From contig JAZODU010000060.1 in NCBI GenBank assembly GCA_045597145.1, forward strand, positions 9,562 to 73,561: a DNA stretch of 64,000 nucleotides, in the 5' to 3' direction. Origin of the DNA: Eubacteriales bacterium. GTDB taxonomy: Bacteria > Bacillota > Clostridia > Oscillospirales > CAG-272. Positions 28,601-37,611 of this stretch are shown here, piece after piece. Positions within the stretch are counted from its first letter, which is position 1; every line of letters begins with the position of its first letter. A program made the translations under genes and the position numbers. The notes beneath the pieces are model-generated. The model worked only from the letters and a program-made list of their open reading frames with translations, was not told the origin of the DNA and made no database searches.

Positions 28601-30119
28601 AGTTGGCATCGGTATACAGCGTTACCATGTCCACGCCTACGGAGGGGTCTGCATCGCGGAAGATGGTCGTATCCTTGAAATAATACGTAGTACCGCCAAA
28701 GGTAGCCGTACCGGTTGCCTTACCGGTGGATTGGTCCACGGTAGCCTCGATGGTTGCGCTCACCCAGTTGTGGGAAAGTTTATAGTTAGCACCGGCAATC
28801 ATCAGATCATACTCGGTTTCACTGCCAATGGGAGTAAGAGGACGTGCGAATACGTTGCCGTGACCCGTGGTGGAAAACTTGCCCGTGTTGATCGAAGACG
28901 TAGAGGAGTAAGTTGCAAAGACATCAGCCAGAGTCTTACCCGTGAAGTCCATTGAGAAGAGCGCGTTCTGCTTTGCAGCGTAGAAGCCGTTGTCAAGCGT
29001 CAGCGCGTCGTCAGAGGTGTAGATCTCGCAGTTGTCTGCAGCAAAGAAGTTGTCAGATGCGTTGAGCGTTACAGGGTCGATACCGCGGGTCATGTGACCG
29101 AGGTTCCAGGTGTTTGCATCGATGTAATCAACGCTTGCGTATCCTGCCCAGTCGGTGCTTTCTGCCGAAACGAACGCAAGCTCGTCATTGACGTAGCAGT
29201 ATACGGTAGGTACACCGGAGGTAGCGTCAATCAGGAACTTGATGTTGACCCACTCGCCCTTGTTAATCATCATACCAACGTTTGCGTTCCAAACGTCAAC
29301 AATGCCGCTGTGCTTAACGATCATAACCTGATCGTCGTTTGCCTCCTGAACGAAGAACAGGTCGATCGGAAGTCTTTTCTGCGTGCTGCCCTTCGTACCG
29401 TGAGCGTACACACGACCCTCGATGGTCTGACGGAGCGTGTCGGTGCTGAAGTAGTAATCAGCAGAGAGAACGACTACCTTCTCGGAGGTAAGGGTTACCT
29501 TGCTGTTCTTCAGGTAGGAGGAACGTTCAATGGTGGAGGTTGCCCATGAGGCATCACCGACGATTGCGTTTGCGGTGATACCCTCTACGATAGCAATGTC
29601 CATGGTGCCCGTGTAGGAACCCTTGTCGGTTACGGACACTGCATTCTTCCGATTAGAGCCAACCGTTGCAGCGGGGGTGATAACACCCTTGATGTCGGTG
29701 TGAGTAGTGGTTCCGTCAGCCGCAACCGCAGTTACAACAACCTCAGAGCCGTCGTAGGTGTCGTAATCAAAGTCGCCCTTGCTTGCATCCGCATATGCAA
29801 TGGAGGTGACCTTCCAGTACGCACTGCGCCCCTTATCCATAACAGCGAACTGCGTATCGCAGGTTGCCTTAAGATCAACGAAGTATGCGTTGGTCTTGTT
29901 ACCGCCGATACCGTTAATGATGTCAGCGGTTGCCGGGAACGAAAGCAGATGGTCTGCGACAGTTCCGTTGTCGAAGTCCTCGGTCCAGACAGGAGTGGTG
30001 ACAACAGCTTCTGCTTGTGCTGCCGCATCATCTGCCAGAGCGGGGATGCTAATCAGGGGAACAATCATCATCAACGCCAAAACGATGGCGGTGATTCTGC
30101 TCGAATTTCTGATTTTCAT
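25626..30119 (-). CDS. large secreted protein with four LamG/ConA-like lectin-fold repeats (1497 aa)
   Basis: Start at MKIRNSSRITAIVLALMMIVPLISIPALADD (signal peptide; RBS AAGGAG). A block recurs four times: GEW..(V/F)..V(V/I)D....V..Y(V/L)(N/D)G......, each closing with a D(D/N).(K/V/E/S)I(Y/E) strand. No LPXTG, SLH or choline-binding anchor was seen. Confidence 0.75.
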   Translation of the reverse strand: MKIRNSSRITAIVLALMMIVPLISIPALADDAAAQAEAVVTTPVWTEDFDNGTVADHLLSFPATADIINGIGGNKTNAYFVDLKATCDTQFAVMDKGRSAYWKVTSIAYADASKGDFDYDTYDGSEVVVTAVAADGTTTHTDIKGVITPAATVGSNRKNAVSVTDKGSYTGTMDIAIVEGITANAIVGDASWATSTIERSSYLKNSKVTLTSEKVVVLSADYYFSTDTLRQTIEGRVYAHGTKGSTQKRLPIDLFFVQEANDDQVMIVKHSGIVDVWNANVGMMINKGEWVNIKFLIDATSGVPTVYCYVNDELAFVSAESTDWAGYASVDYIDANTWNLGHMTRGIDPVTLNASDNFFAADNCEIYTSDDALTLDNGFYAAKQNALFSMDFTGKTLADVFATYSSTSSINTGKFSTTGHGNVFARPLTPIGSETEYDLMIAGANYKLSHNWVSATIEATVDQSTGKATGTATFGGTTYYFKDTTIFRDADPSVGVDMVTLYTDANYNTVASEKEYYLCTMAYRETHSQIPNGIVGAESVLKVTGVTGQTFTVSADYYFDMDVALGNLDIRINKDTKVHFFQVQAAQANDYVTVMMHSSLTNAVSATKTLKVTKGEWHNFTWVVDASMNGEDTRIKGYVDGYLVGEYIMDGTELTEITALNLGHNARLSLPSQNQGTVYVDNVVIYAGDTVSAIYDETNIHTENFETGSASQLRIWLTGSSKFTYEYFEGHNAMVFDSDTYDYPNKANGTGITNLDAPYGFGPALSASDYDSVVFESKYFLPHGSIQALETHFRQATVSVNGAAPATQKHIAIYTIKNIANDTATISVPDFNTNGVESSGKESMSVPVGEWFTVSTVVDLDTAVATVYVNGVRLASWRLYRNGVLTSISSLDAGAFAPAKLTNMKNQPYNTTYPYGYTGCYAIDDVKIYEGTAPRATTTPASGTTPSGLLGDFENRVSGIEVIGAKGYQATAHAPAGAIFTDEIDGDMAVRVGFRGVASGETADPFVIGIRSRAHNITAEAIGAATFGEAGTTPTADQWALLSKNESYSDGRYAYYVRVGTGEKFGDTVYVYDHKGGKGAQVTSANDAVLVGTFTLTEDNYNAKYYAMGSGTDLNLDKNLYINNPALTYNAEGNNTYAFSVNYYVSNDAYGKSDAQFHTGAYLSLYTMNLQDNKLEAFSKSAALTVDAWNNVSMVVTLNETSVDVAIYLNGIFVANGTLTGGTAANGAINANSWIVSKPNKCTTFDACKAANGYIYMDDISIEALNASDLVSLDTTNLMDYTINGVTYKVTMAETVQLYAPNGYSDTTADEFFADYQNMIATTNTASIRLKDILTESGLRFATKVDKDLLDALYAMAEEGTIKSVRFGTLIAPLDGYTDLSLESLVAGKTVLDVEADYDNYFNVDDSDKTTHFVGSIVKIWYEDDANNNYDRDFSGRGYVEITLNNGTVYRIYSENIHTVSVADQARKTLDAIEEGMIATPSAARIEILKKYAALAK

Positions 30120-30338
30120 AGCATTTTTTCTCCTTTTTAAATTTTGTTGGGCTTTTGCCCCTTTTTGGGTTGGGACAAACGAACAAACTGCGCTCGCCCC
30201 TCCCTCACTCGTTTCGCCTTGGATAGCCCCGTATTCTTTAGCAATACAGAGGTCCGCGCCGCTACGTATGCAGGTTGGCAATCGCCCTTTTTCGTTTGCA
30301 GAACAGTGTAATAGGAACACTATTGCACTATACAGTTT

Positions 30339-30367
30339 ATTTTACCATGTACGCCTTTTTTTGTCAA
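30339..30367 (-). promoter_or_regulatory. sigma-A type promoter with ~215-nt leader for the LamG-repeat gene
   Basis: Minus strand TTGACA (30367-30362), a 17-nt spacer, then TAAAAT (30344-30339). Confidence 0.6.
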
Positions 30368-30498
30368 GTAGAATTTTGCACAATTTCGCACATTTCTTTT
30401 GGGCATTTTGGACAATTTCTGTCATTTTCAGCGTTTTTACCTTTTTATTATATAGTGTTCTCCTTGAAGCGGGGGTTCTGCCTTATAAGCAGACGTTC

Positions 30499-30692
30499 TT
30501 TCAGACAACCCTTCCGTCATTTGTCACACGCGGCAAATGACACCTCCCCTTGCTCAGGGGAGGCTTGGATAGTGCATTCAAAGCAAATCTATCTCCAAAA
30601 GTGCTGAAAGCGGAGGCTTTTTCGGCTTGTTCGCGCTTATCTTTTGCCTCCCCTGTGCAAGGGGAGGTGCGGAGCGTCAGCGACGCGGAGGG
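30499..30692. repeat. 194-bp structured direct repeat, copy A
   Basis: Identical to copy B except for one extra g in B (gcttggatag versus gcttgggatag). Contains the hairpins gtcatttg..caaatgac, cctcccc-ttgctca-ggggagg and cctcccc-tgtgcaa-ggggagg. Confidence 0.9.
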
Positions 30693-30737
30693 TTGAAAAG
30701 TAGCAAAACACACTTGTATGGCAAAAAAGCAGCTTCG

Positions 30738-30932
30738 TTTCAGACAACCCTTCCGTCATTTGTCACACGCGGCAAATGACACCTCCCCTTGCTCAGGGGA
30801 GGCTTGGGATAGTGCATTCAAAGCAAATCTATCTCCAAAAGTGCTGAAAGCGGAGGCTTTTTCGGCTTGTTCGCGCTTATCTTTTGCCTCCCCTGTGCAA
30901 GGGGAGGTGCGGAGCGTCAGCGACGCGGAGGG
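30738..30932. repeat. 195-bp structured direct repeat, copy B, abutting the DUF559 stop codon
   Basis: See copy A. It ends 9 nt from the DUF559 stop (30942). Confidence 0.9.
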
Positions 30933-30941
30933 GGTGGTCAT

Positions 30942-31298
30942 TCAAATTCTTTCTTGAATGATTCGATCCAAATAATCACAAACGCCTTTAAAATTGCTGT
31001 GAATCTCCAAATTGGATATCCGAATAACCGTTAAACCGTAACCTACTAAAAATGCCGTTCGCTCGGCATCGTTCTCTTTGCCTTGATCACTGTAATGACC
31101 TGATCCGTCCAGCTCTATAACCAATTTTGCTTTCGCGCAATAAAAATCTGCGATGTATTTTCCCAAAACCTTTTGACGCGTAATTTTGACTGGATAAAAG
31201 CGCAGAAAATCATACCACAGCCGTTTCTCTTCCTTTGTCATATTCTTACGTAATATTCTGGCGATTGAAACCAGCTTTGGATTGCGCTTGCTTTGCAT
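30942..31298 (-). CDS. DUF559 (Vsr-like endonuclease fold) domain protein
   Basis: 118 aa with ARILRKNMTKEEKRLWYDFLR...IADFYCAKAKLVIELDGSGHY...D..R...L...G..V.R. This is the typical DUF559 pattern. Markedly AT-rich relative to its neighbours. Confidence 0.85.
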   Translation of the reverse strand: MQSKRNPKLVSIARILRKNMTKEEKRLWYDFLRFYPVKITRQKVLGKYIADFYCAKAKLVIELDGSGHYSDQGKENDAERTAFLVGYGLTVIRISNLEIHSNFKGVCDYLDRIIQERI

Positions 31299-31319
31299 TT
31301 TTATATTCTCCTCTTGTTC

Positions 31320-31613
31320 CTAAAACCGAAAGCCCTTTTTCTTGGGGCGCGGACACAGGCAACAGGACAGATCCGACGCCGACAGGCGCACGAGGATCGT
31401 GTCCTCGCCAAAGCATTCGATCTTGTGCCACGGGATCACAATGTCGTCCTCCCTGCCCAACCCGAACACGCCGTTACACCCCGAAATCACAAGCGCCAGA
31501 ATCCGCGCGTCCTCTTTGTCAAATTCAAAGTCCGAAGCATACCCCAGCCGCGCGCCGTCACAGAGATTGATGATCTCCAGCTTGCGCAGCTCCGCCGTAC
31601 TGCACCGTTTCAT
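31320..31613 (-). CDS. ylmC: YlmC/YmxH family (PRC-barrel) sporulation protein
   Basis: Only the last 97 aa of the 246-aa track ORF look real: MKRCSTAELRKLEIINLCDGARLGYASDFEFDKEDARILALVI...IPWHKIECFGEDTILV. This is the only gene in the window that ends in TAG. Confidence 0.8.
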   Translation of the reverse strand: MKRCSTAELRKLEIINLCDGARLGYASDFEFDKEDARILALVISGCNGVFGLGREDDIVIPWHKIECFGEDTILVRLSASDLSCCLCPRPKKKGFRF

Positions 31614-31663
31614 TCCCCTCACCTCACATATATCGTTACAGCAGTATATGCAGGCGGGGCTTG

Positions 31664-34351
31664 TTACTTGGCTGTCCGCCGAAAAACGGACAGGCAGAAT
31701 TTTGTAACAAGGTACAAAACGGGACAGAGCGGCAGGGACAGAAGCGTGACGAGCGTCCATGCGGAAGCGAGCAAAAGGTGCGTCAGAAGCAACAAAATGC
31801 ACGCGGGAAGGAGTGTGAGAAGGAGCGGAATTGCCGCTTGGAGCGGGCGGAGCTTGGTGTGCTTCCCGCTTGCGGTGTCGTACAAAAGGATCAGGTGCAA
31901 AAGAAGCAGCGACGAAAAGAGGAAGGTTGCCGCGACCGTGGGGGAAAGGACGCCGCACCAGACGAGAATCGCGGCGTAGAGCGCGGTCACGACGGTGGCG
32001 GTAAGCGCGGACAACGTGGCGCCGCGCGGGAAGAACAAGACTTGGAGTGTGCTTTCGCAAAAGCGCACGTCACGCCGCAAAATGCTTTGCGGCACGGGCA
32101 AGGCGAGAATCCAAAGTGTGCCGACGAGGGCGCTCCACGCGCCGAGCCAGAGCATGGCGGCACCGTTTGGCAGTCCCGTTCCGAGAACGGTGCCAAGGGC
32201 GCACGCGGCAAGGAGCGAGAGGCGCGTGGTGCACAGGAACGCCAGAAGCACACAGACCCGCCAACGCGCGGCGCGTGTGTGCGAAAATGCTTGCAGGACG
32301 GCAGCAAGACCGCCCGTGTGCTTCCCTGCTCGCTCGACGAGGATATCCGCGCGGCGGCGCGTGGCTTGCGAGCAGCGCGCGCTGTTTACAAGCCCTTCGC
32401 GCGGAAGCGACTCAAGCGCCGCCTCCTCGGTGTCGCGGCGGTGGTAATCGGTGGGATCGCAGGCGATCAGCAGAGGGGCTTGGCGCAACACGGAACGGTC
32501 GGCGTGATTGCAGAAAACAGCGACGCGTCTGCCGTTTTTGCGCAGCTCGGCGATGAGATGTGCGACGTCCGCGCTGTCAAAGCCCAAGAACACACGGTGG
32601 CGATCCAAAAGCTCCTGCGTGAGCGTTGGCGCGGCGTCGGATTTGACGGCGTATGGGGTCGGCAGTCGGCAGGAGTCGGCGTAAAGTACGTCCTGCGCGC
32701 TCAAAAAGAAGGCGGTGCGTACGCCGCTTTGCATAAGCTCCTCGCAGACCGACGGCAGGACGCGCTGAGAATCCTCGCGGATCACGACCGTGCCCAGAAG
32801 CGCGGGCGTTCCGTCGCGCATACGCCGCAAAACCGTTACCGTTTTTGCGGCTTCGGCGTGTGCGGCGGCTTCAAAATGATAAAATCCTTGGCGCAGAGCA
32901 GGTGAGATCGCGCAATAGCGTTCGCCGTCCTCGTAGACTACGCAACGGTCTGCCATGGCGAACTGCTCGAGAAAGATCAGCGAAAACGCGCGCTCCTTCA
33001 TTTCAACCGCGACCTCGCGCATGCCGTTATTGTGCGGGATCAGCGTGGCGCGCGTCAGGCGCACGCGCAGAGCGGGCAGGTCAAAGCCCGACGCCGCAAG
33101 CAGCTCCTCGAGGAACGCGGTATCGTCCTCGCCACTCTCGCGCATCGTGACGCTGACGCCCTCAGACGCCATTTTCAAGAGAAAAAACGCTTCGCAAAGC
33201 GGATTCAAGAGGGGCTGCGGGGCTTGCGGATCGGGCATGATCTCACCGCGCCCGATTGCGGCACGCGCAAAATGCGGCACGCCGTCCGTGCTTCCCACGT
33301 GCCCGATCACGAACAGATCGGTCGCGCCGCAAAGCGCGTCCGATGCACGTGCGGATTTGAGGATCGCACGGTTTTCCCGCGGGCGGTTCTTCATACAATC
33401 CACGGGCTCACACATGGAAATCATGCGCACGCACAGCAAGATCAGTGCAGGCGATGCACAGCCGACAGCCGCACACAGCGCGAAAAAGAGGTCGATCATA
33501 TCAAAGCCGTCGGGTGTGCGCAGGATCGCAACAACCGTCAGCAACAGCAGCAACGCAAGTCCCGAGATGCCAAAAACGCGCAGATACGGTGCGATCGCAC
33601 GCGATGCCTCGCTGTCGTTCCTCTTCCCCATCGGCTCTGCGGGAACCGAGAACAGTGCCATTGCACCCACGTATGTAGCCGCGCCGATCTCGACCGCCAC
33701 GGCACGCGCCTCGCCAAAGAGCACCTCCGAGCCGCCGCTCAGCATATTTTCGCGCTGCACAAGCGGCGTTTTATCGCCGTACGGATAGACAATTTGTGCG
33801 TTTTTGGCGTATTCGGTATACACGGGCTTGCCGTCGGCGGACGGTGTCAGGGTCAGGACACGCAATCCGCTTGCGGACAGTATGCGGCAATCGCACGGAA
33901 CGATATCCCCTGCCCGCAGGATAAGGATATCCCCGCGCACCACGCGGCGCGCAGACACGGAACAGAGGGTTCCCTCGCGCACGACGCGCGCGGTGGGGAT
34001 CCGATATTGGGCAATGCTCTCCTCGGCGCGGTTCCATTGGTGAACCGTCCGCCGACAGATCCCGATGCACGCGATCAGCGTCACGAAAAACGCGATCCCC
34101 GACGCAATTTTTGCAAAGCAAAGTGCCAAAAGCGCACCGAAAATCATCAAGAGGAGGGCAGGATCACAAAAAAGGGGGCGCAAAACCGCCGCGATGCCCG
34201 CTCTTTTACGGTCGAACAGCGTGTTTGCTCCCTCTTTTTTAAAACGCGAACGAGCCGCCCGACGGTCAAGTCCCGCGGCGGCATCGGTATGCAATTGCGC
34301 GCAGACGGCGGCTGCCGTCATCAGGTGCCATTTTGCACGTCCGTCGTTCAT
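31664..34351 (-). CDS. P-type ATPase homolog with degenerate catalytic motifs (probable pseudo-enzyme)
   Basis: Start at MNDGRAKWHLMTAAAVCAQLHTD (Cation_ATPase_N-like). The A-domain region ARVVREGTL..VVRGDILILRAGDIVPCDCRIL is recognisable. TGES is replaced by SADG, DKTGT by GHVGSTDG, and GDGxND by CNHADRS. C-terminal TM helices are present. Confidence 0.75.
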   Translation of the reverse strand: MNDGRAKWHLMTAAAVCAQLHTDAAAGLDRRAARSRFKKEGANTLFDRKRAGIAAVLRPLFCDPALLLMIFGALLALCFAKIASGIAFFVTLIACIGICRRTVHQWNRAEESIAQYRIPTARVVREGTLCSVSARRVVRGDILILRAGDIVPCDCRILSASGLRVLTLTPSADGKPVYTEYAKNAQIVYPYGDKTPLVQRENMLSGGSEVLFGEARAVAVEIGAATYVGAMALFSVPAEPMGKRNDSEASRAIAPYLRVFGISGLALLLLLTVVAILRTPDGFDMIDLFFALCAAVGCASPALILLCVRMISMCEPVDCMKNRPRENRAILKSARASDALCGATDLFVIGHVGSTDGVPHFARAAIGRGEIMPDPQAPQPLLNPLCEAFFLLKMASEGVSVTMRESGEDDTAFLEELLAASGFDLPALRVRLTRATLIPHNNGMREVAVEMKERAFSLIFLEQFAMADRCVVYEDGERYCAISPALRQGFYHFEAAAHAEAAKTVTVLRRMRDGTPALLGTVVIREDSQRVLPSVCEELMQSGVRTAFFLSAQDVLYADSCRLPTPYAVKSDAAPTLTQELLDRHRVFLGFDSADVAHLIAELRKNGRRVAVFCNHADRSVLRQAPLLIACDPTDYHRRDTEEAALESLPREGLVNSARCSQATRRRADILVERAGKHTGGLAAVLQAFSHTRAARWRVCVLLAFLCTTRLSLLAACALGTVLGTGLPNGAAMLWLGAWSALVGTLWILALPVPQSILRRDVRFCESTLQVLFFPRGATLSALTATVVTALYAAILVWCGVLSPTVAATFLFSSLLLLHLILLYDTASGKHTKLRPLQAAIPLLLTLLPACILLLLTHLLLASAWTLVTLLSLPLCPVLYLVTKFCLSVFRRTAK

Positions 34352-34370
34352 GTGTGTCCTTTCTTTTTTC

Positions 34371-34402
34371 GAGGGGAAAACTTTTGAAAAAGTTTTCCCC
34401 TC
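34371..34402. repeat. solo palindrome unit plus flanking arm of the intergenic repeat family
   Basis: gaggggaaaacttttgaaaaagttttcccctc is followed by acccatttcaaagctttcaccatgtggatattgg. This matches the left arm of the elements at 18528 and 48874. Confidence 0.75.
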
Positions 34403-34477
34403 ACCCATTTCAAAGCTTTCACCATGTGGATATTGGCAAGAGCTCCAAATGCTCTGCGGTGTAGTTTAAACAGAAAT

Positions 34478-36805
34478 TTACAGGCACGCCACGGTCAGCT
34501 CATTTTCATCGCAGGAGATCAGGGCTTTCGTGTAGGTGCGTGCGTGATCGGCAATGATCAGCTCTGCCAGACGGTCCTCGATCTCGCGCTGGATATAGCG
34601 GCGCATATTGCGCGCTCCGTATTTGCGCGAATAGGAATTTTGGGCGATGCAGGCAAGTGCCTTGTCGGTATAAGTCAGTGCAATATCCTTTTCCGCAAGT
34701 GAAATTTTAAGCTCGTCCAAAAGGATCGCCGCGATACGCACGAAATCCGCCTCCTCAAGCTGACGGAAGGTGATGATCTCGTCGACACGGTTAATAAATT
34801 CGGGACGCAAAAATCCCTCGAGTGCCTTTTGCGTTTTGCTCTCCTCGGCACTGCCCTCGGAAGCGGAAAAGCCGGCCAGAGCCGCCGTGCGGTCGGAGCC
34901 TGCGTTGGTGGTCATGACGATCACGGTATTTTCAAAGTTGACGGTTTTTCCGCGCGCGTCGGTGATGTGCCCGTCGTCAAGAATCTGCAACAGGATATTG
35001 AGCACGTCGGGGTGCGCCTTTTCGATCTCGTCGAACAACACGATCGAATAGGGTCTGCGGCGGATCTTTTCGGTCAACTGCCCCGCCTCGTCGTATCCGA
35101 CGTATCCGGGAGGTGCGCCGATGATGCGCGACACGGAGTGCTTTTCCATAAACTCGGACATATCCAGTCGGATCAGGGTTTCGGGCGTATGGAAAAGCTC
35201 ACTTGCCAGCGTTTTGACAAGCTCGGTCTTACCCACACCCGTCGGCCCCGCAAAAATGAAGGACACGGGCTTTCTCTTATACGCGATTCCCGCGCGGTTG
35301 CGCTTGATCGCCTTGGCAACCGCCTCAACGGCGCGATCCTGACCGATGATGCGCGCCTTCAGGCGGGATTCCAATCGGTCGATCTGCTCAAATTCGTTCT
35401 CGGTAATGGTCGTTGCGGGCACGCCCGTCCAAAGCTCGATCACCTCGGCGATCTCGTTGGCGGTCAGCGTGACCGTTTTGGTTTCGGGCTCGATCTCGGA
35501 CAAGCGCTCAGAGAGCTGAAGCTCCTCGGCGCGGATCTTGGCGATCTCCTCGTATCTGCCCTGCTCCGCCGCGTCGTTCCCCGCGATTTCACCCTCCAGC
35601 TCCTCGCGCTTTTGCTTGATGGCAAGCAGGCGGTCGCGGATACGGTAGGACTCGTTGATCACGGCAGACGAAAGCGACAGTGCAGACGCTGCCTCGTCGA
35701 GCAGGTCGATCGCCTTATCGGGAAGATAGCGGTCGGTGATATAGCGCTCGGAGAGGATCACCGCGCGGCGCAAAAGCGCGTCGGGGATCATCACGCCGTG
35801 AAAGTCCTCGTAATAGTGCTTGATGCCGCTGAGCATCTCAACGGTTTCCTCCACGGAGGGCTCGTTGACCGTGATGGGCTGGAAGCGACGCTCCAATGCG
35901 GAATCCTTTTCGATATACTTGCGGTACTCGTTCAAGGTCGTAGCACCGATGATCTGCACCTCGCCGCGCGAGAGTGCGGGCTTTAAGATATTGGCGGCAT
36001 TGACGCTGCCCTCTGCCTCGCCCGTTCCGACAATGTTGTGAACCTCGTCGATCACCAGAATGGCGTTGCCGACCGTGTGCACCTCGTTGAGAAGCCCCAG
36101 AATCCGCGACTCGAACTGTCCGCGGAACTGCGTGCCCGCCACGAGTGCGGTCATATCCAAAAGATAGATTTCCTTGCCTTGCAGCTTGTAAGGCACTTCA
36201 CCCGCGGCAATGCGAATGGCAAGTGCCTCTGCAATGGCGGTCTTTCCCACGCCCGGCTCACCGATCAGACAAGGGTTGTTCTTTTGTCTGCGGCACAGAA
36301 TCTGGATCACGCGCGAGAGCTCGCGGTCACGCCCGATGATACGGTCGAGCTTTCCGTCTCTTGCATATTGCGTGAGATTGCGGCTGTACATGGGAAGAAA
36401 TTTCAGCTTCTTTTCTTCCTTTTCGCGCTTTTTATCGCTCTTTTTGTCGCGCTCCTTGGGTGCTTGCGGAGCGGGTGCGTTCTGCTCGGCGTTCTGCCCC
36501 ATGAGCCCCACGTCGCGGAAGAGCTTGGGAAGATCGATCGCAGGCGCGCCGCCGTCCTCGTTATCGTCACAATCCGAGGGGGTCAGTGCCTGTCCGAGCA
36601 TCGCGTTGATATCCTCCTCGGCACTCTCCATCTGCTCGGGAGAGAGCCCCAGCTGTCCCATGACGTTTCCCATCAGATTATCCACGGGAACGCCCATTTC
36701 CTTGGCACACTTCAGGCAAAGCCCCTGCGTGCTTTTTTCGCCGCTTTCCACCTTTGTCACAAAAATGACCGCCATACGCTTATGGCATTTTGAACACATA
36801 ACCAT
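34478..36805 (-). CDS. ClpA/ClpC-type double-AAA+ chaperone with an N-terminal CxxC..CxxC zinc ribbon instead of Clp_N repeats
   Basis: CSKCHK...CLKCAKEMG at the N-terminus. AAA-1 [18 protein letters not shown]-2 [15 protein letters not shown], and signature [12 protein letters not shown]. Confidence 0.85.
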   Translation of the reverse strand: MVMCSKCHKRMAVIFVTKVESGEKSTQGLCLKCAKEMGVPVDNLMGNVMGQLGLSPEQMESAEEDINAMLGQALTPSDCDDNEDGGAPAIDLPKLFRDVGLMGQNAEQNAPAPQAPKERDKKSDKKREKEEKKLKFLPMYSRNLTQYARDGKLDRIIGRDRELSRVIQILCRRQKNNPCLIGEPGVGKTAIAEALAIRIAAGEVPYKLQGKEIYLLDMTALVAGTQFRGQFESRILGLLNEVHTVGNAILVIDEVHNIVGTGEAEGSVNAANILKPALSRGEVQIIGATTLNEYRKYIEKDSALERRFQPITVNEPSVEETVEMLSGIKHYYEDFHGVMIPDALLRRAVILSERYITDRYLPDKAIDLLDEAASALSLSSAVINESYRIRDRLLAIKQKREELEGEIAGNDAAEQGRYEEIAKIRAEELQLSERLSEIEPETKTVTLTANEIAEVIELWTGVPATTITENEFEQIDRLESRLKARIIGQDRAVEAVAKAIKRNRAGIAYKRKPVSFIFAGPTGVGKTELVKTLASELFHTPETLIRLDMSEFMEKHSVSRIIGAPPGYVGYDEAGQLTEKIRRRPYSIVLFDEIEKAHPDVLNILLQILDDGHITDARGKTVNFENTVIVMTTNAGSDRTAALAGFSASEGSAEESKTQKALEGFLRPEFINRVDEIITFRQLEEADFVRIAAILLDELKISLAEKDIALTYTDKALACIAQNSYSRKYGARNMRRYIQREIEDRLAELIIADHARTYTKALISCDENELTVACL

Positions 36806-36898
36806 GTAAATTTATCTCCGAACACTCGGATCCTTTCCTTCACGTTTCAGAAAAGCCCACCGACAGCGGCAGGCTTTTCGGAGTTTTCAAATGAAAGC

Positions 36899-37591
36899 TC
36901 AAGCAAACCATGTACCAACGTCTAAAAAGCTGAACGTTTCAAGCAATGCCGAATCGGCAAAGAATTTCACAACCACGGAATTGTCGTAGGCATCAAGATT
37001 GCCAAAGAGCAGCTTGATCACCGAGGACAGAGCCAACAGCCCCAGCATTGCGGTAAGCGCGCCGAACACACCGCCCAGGACGTGATTGACCGTACCCACG
37101 AACGGGATCTTGTCGGTCAGCTTCGTTAAGAACCAAGCCGCAACGCTCAAGCCGATAAATGCAAGAATGAATACGATCACCGAGCCGATCACATTGCTGA
37201 CAACGGTTGCAATGGGGTTGGAGATCGACTTGGCAACGGTCTTGACGGCATCGTCGGTCGAGCCATCAGCCAACGCCTTTTCCAGATCTGTCTTGAGATC
37301 ATCCGTAACAGCGAACGCAGGCAGCTCCTCGATCAAATCATCAACGTCCACGTCTTTCTTTGCGTCCTCAAAGGTCTCGTCGACCCATTCGTATACGGGC
37401 TTGTAAACCACGTCGCCCACGAACGCATCCTTCAATACGCCGCCAAGCACGCTGCCCAGCAAAAATGCAAGAAGCACGCACAAAAGCAGCTTTGCCACCT
37501 GCATAAGGCTTTTGATCAAGCCGCGCTTCACACCGAGCAAAACAGAAATAACGGCGATCACGATAAATAAAATATCAACGACAATCATCAT
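36899..37591 (-). CDS. cvpA: CvpA family membrane protein
   Basis: 230 aa. The N-terminus DILFIVIAVISVLLGVKRGLIKSL is typical of CvpA, and there are 4 or more TM segments. Confidence 0.7.
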   Translation of the reverse strand: MMIVVDILFIVIAVISVLLGVKRGLIKSLMQVAKLLLCVLLAFLLGSVLGGVLKDAFVGDVVYKPVYEWVDETFEDAKKDVDVDDLIEELPAFAVTDDLKTDLEKALADGSTDDAVKTVAKSISNPIATVVSNVIGSVIVFILAFIGLSVAAWFLTKLTDKIPFVGTVNHVLGGVFGALTAMLGLLALSSVIKLLFGNLDAYDNSVVVKFFADSALLETFSFLDVGTWFA

Positions 37592-37611
37592 GCTTCTCCT
37601 TTTTCAAAGCT

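Noticed and set aside
30499-30932. Possible CRISPR array
   Set aside because: There are only two units of 194/195 bp with a 45-bp gap. There is no short-repeat/spacer periodicity and there are no cas genes.
31296-31322. The ylmC TAG stop is in frame with the DUF559 ATG seven codons downstream, suggesting a read-through fusion
   Set aside because: There is a one-in-three chance of being in frame. The two genes differ sharply in GC content and DUF559 has its own start context. It is noted only as context for the thrS amber codon.
31293-34408. Several overlapping ORFs (31320..32060 at 246 aa, 31661..32905 at 414 aa, 33032..34387 at 451 aa, and the 19-aa N-terminal extension of the ATPase-like gene)
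   Set aside because: Only the last 97 codons of 31320..32060 are YlmC-like. The others are Arg-rich antisense frames of the ATPase homolog. The extension to 34408 would read through the intergenic palindrome at 34371-34402.
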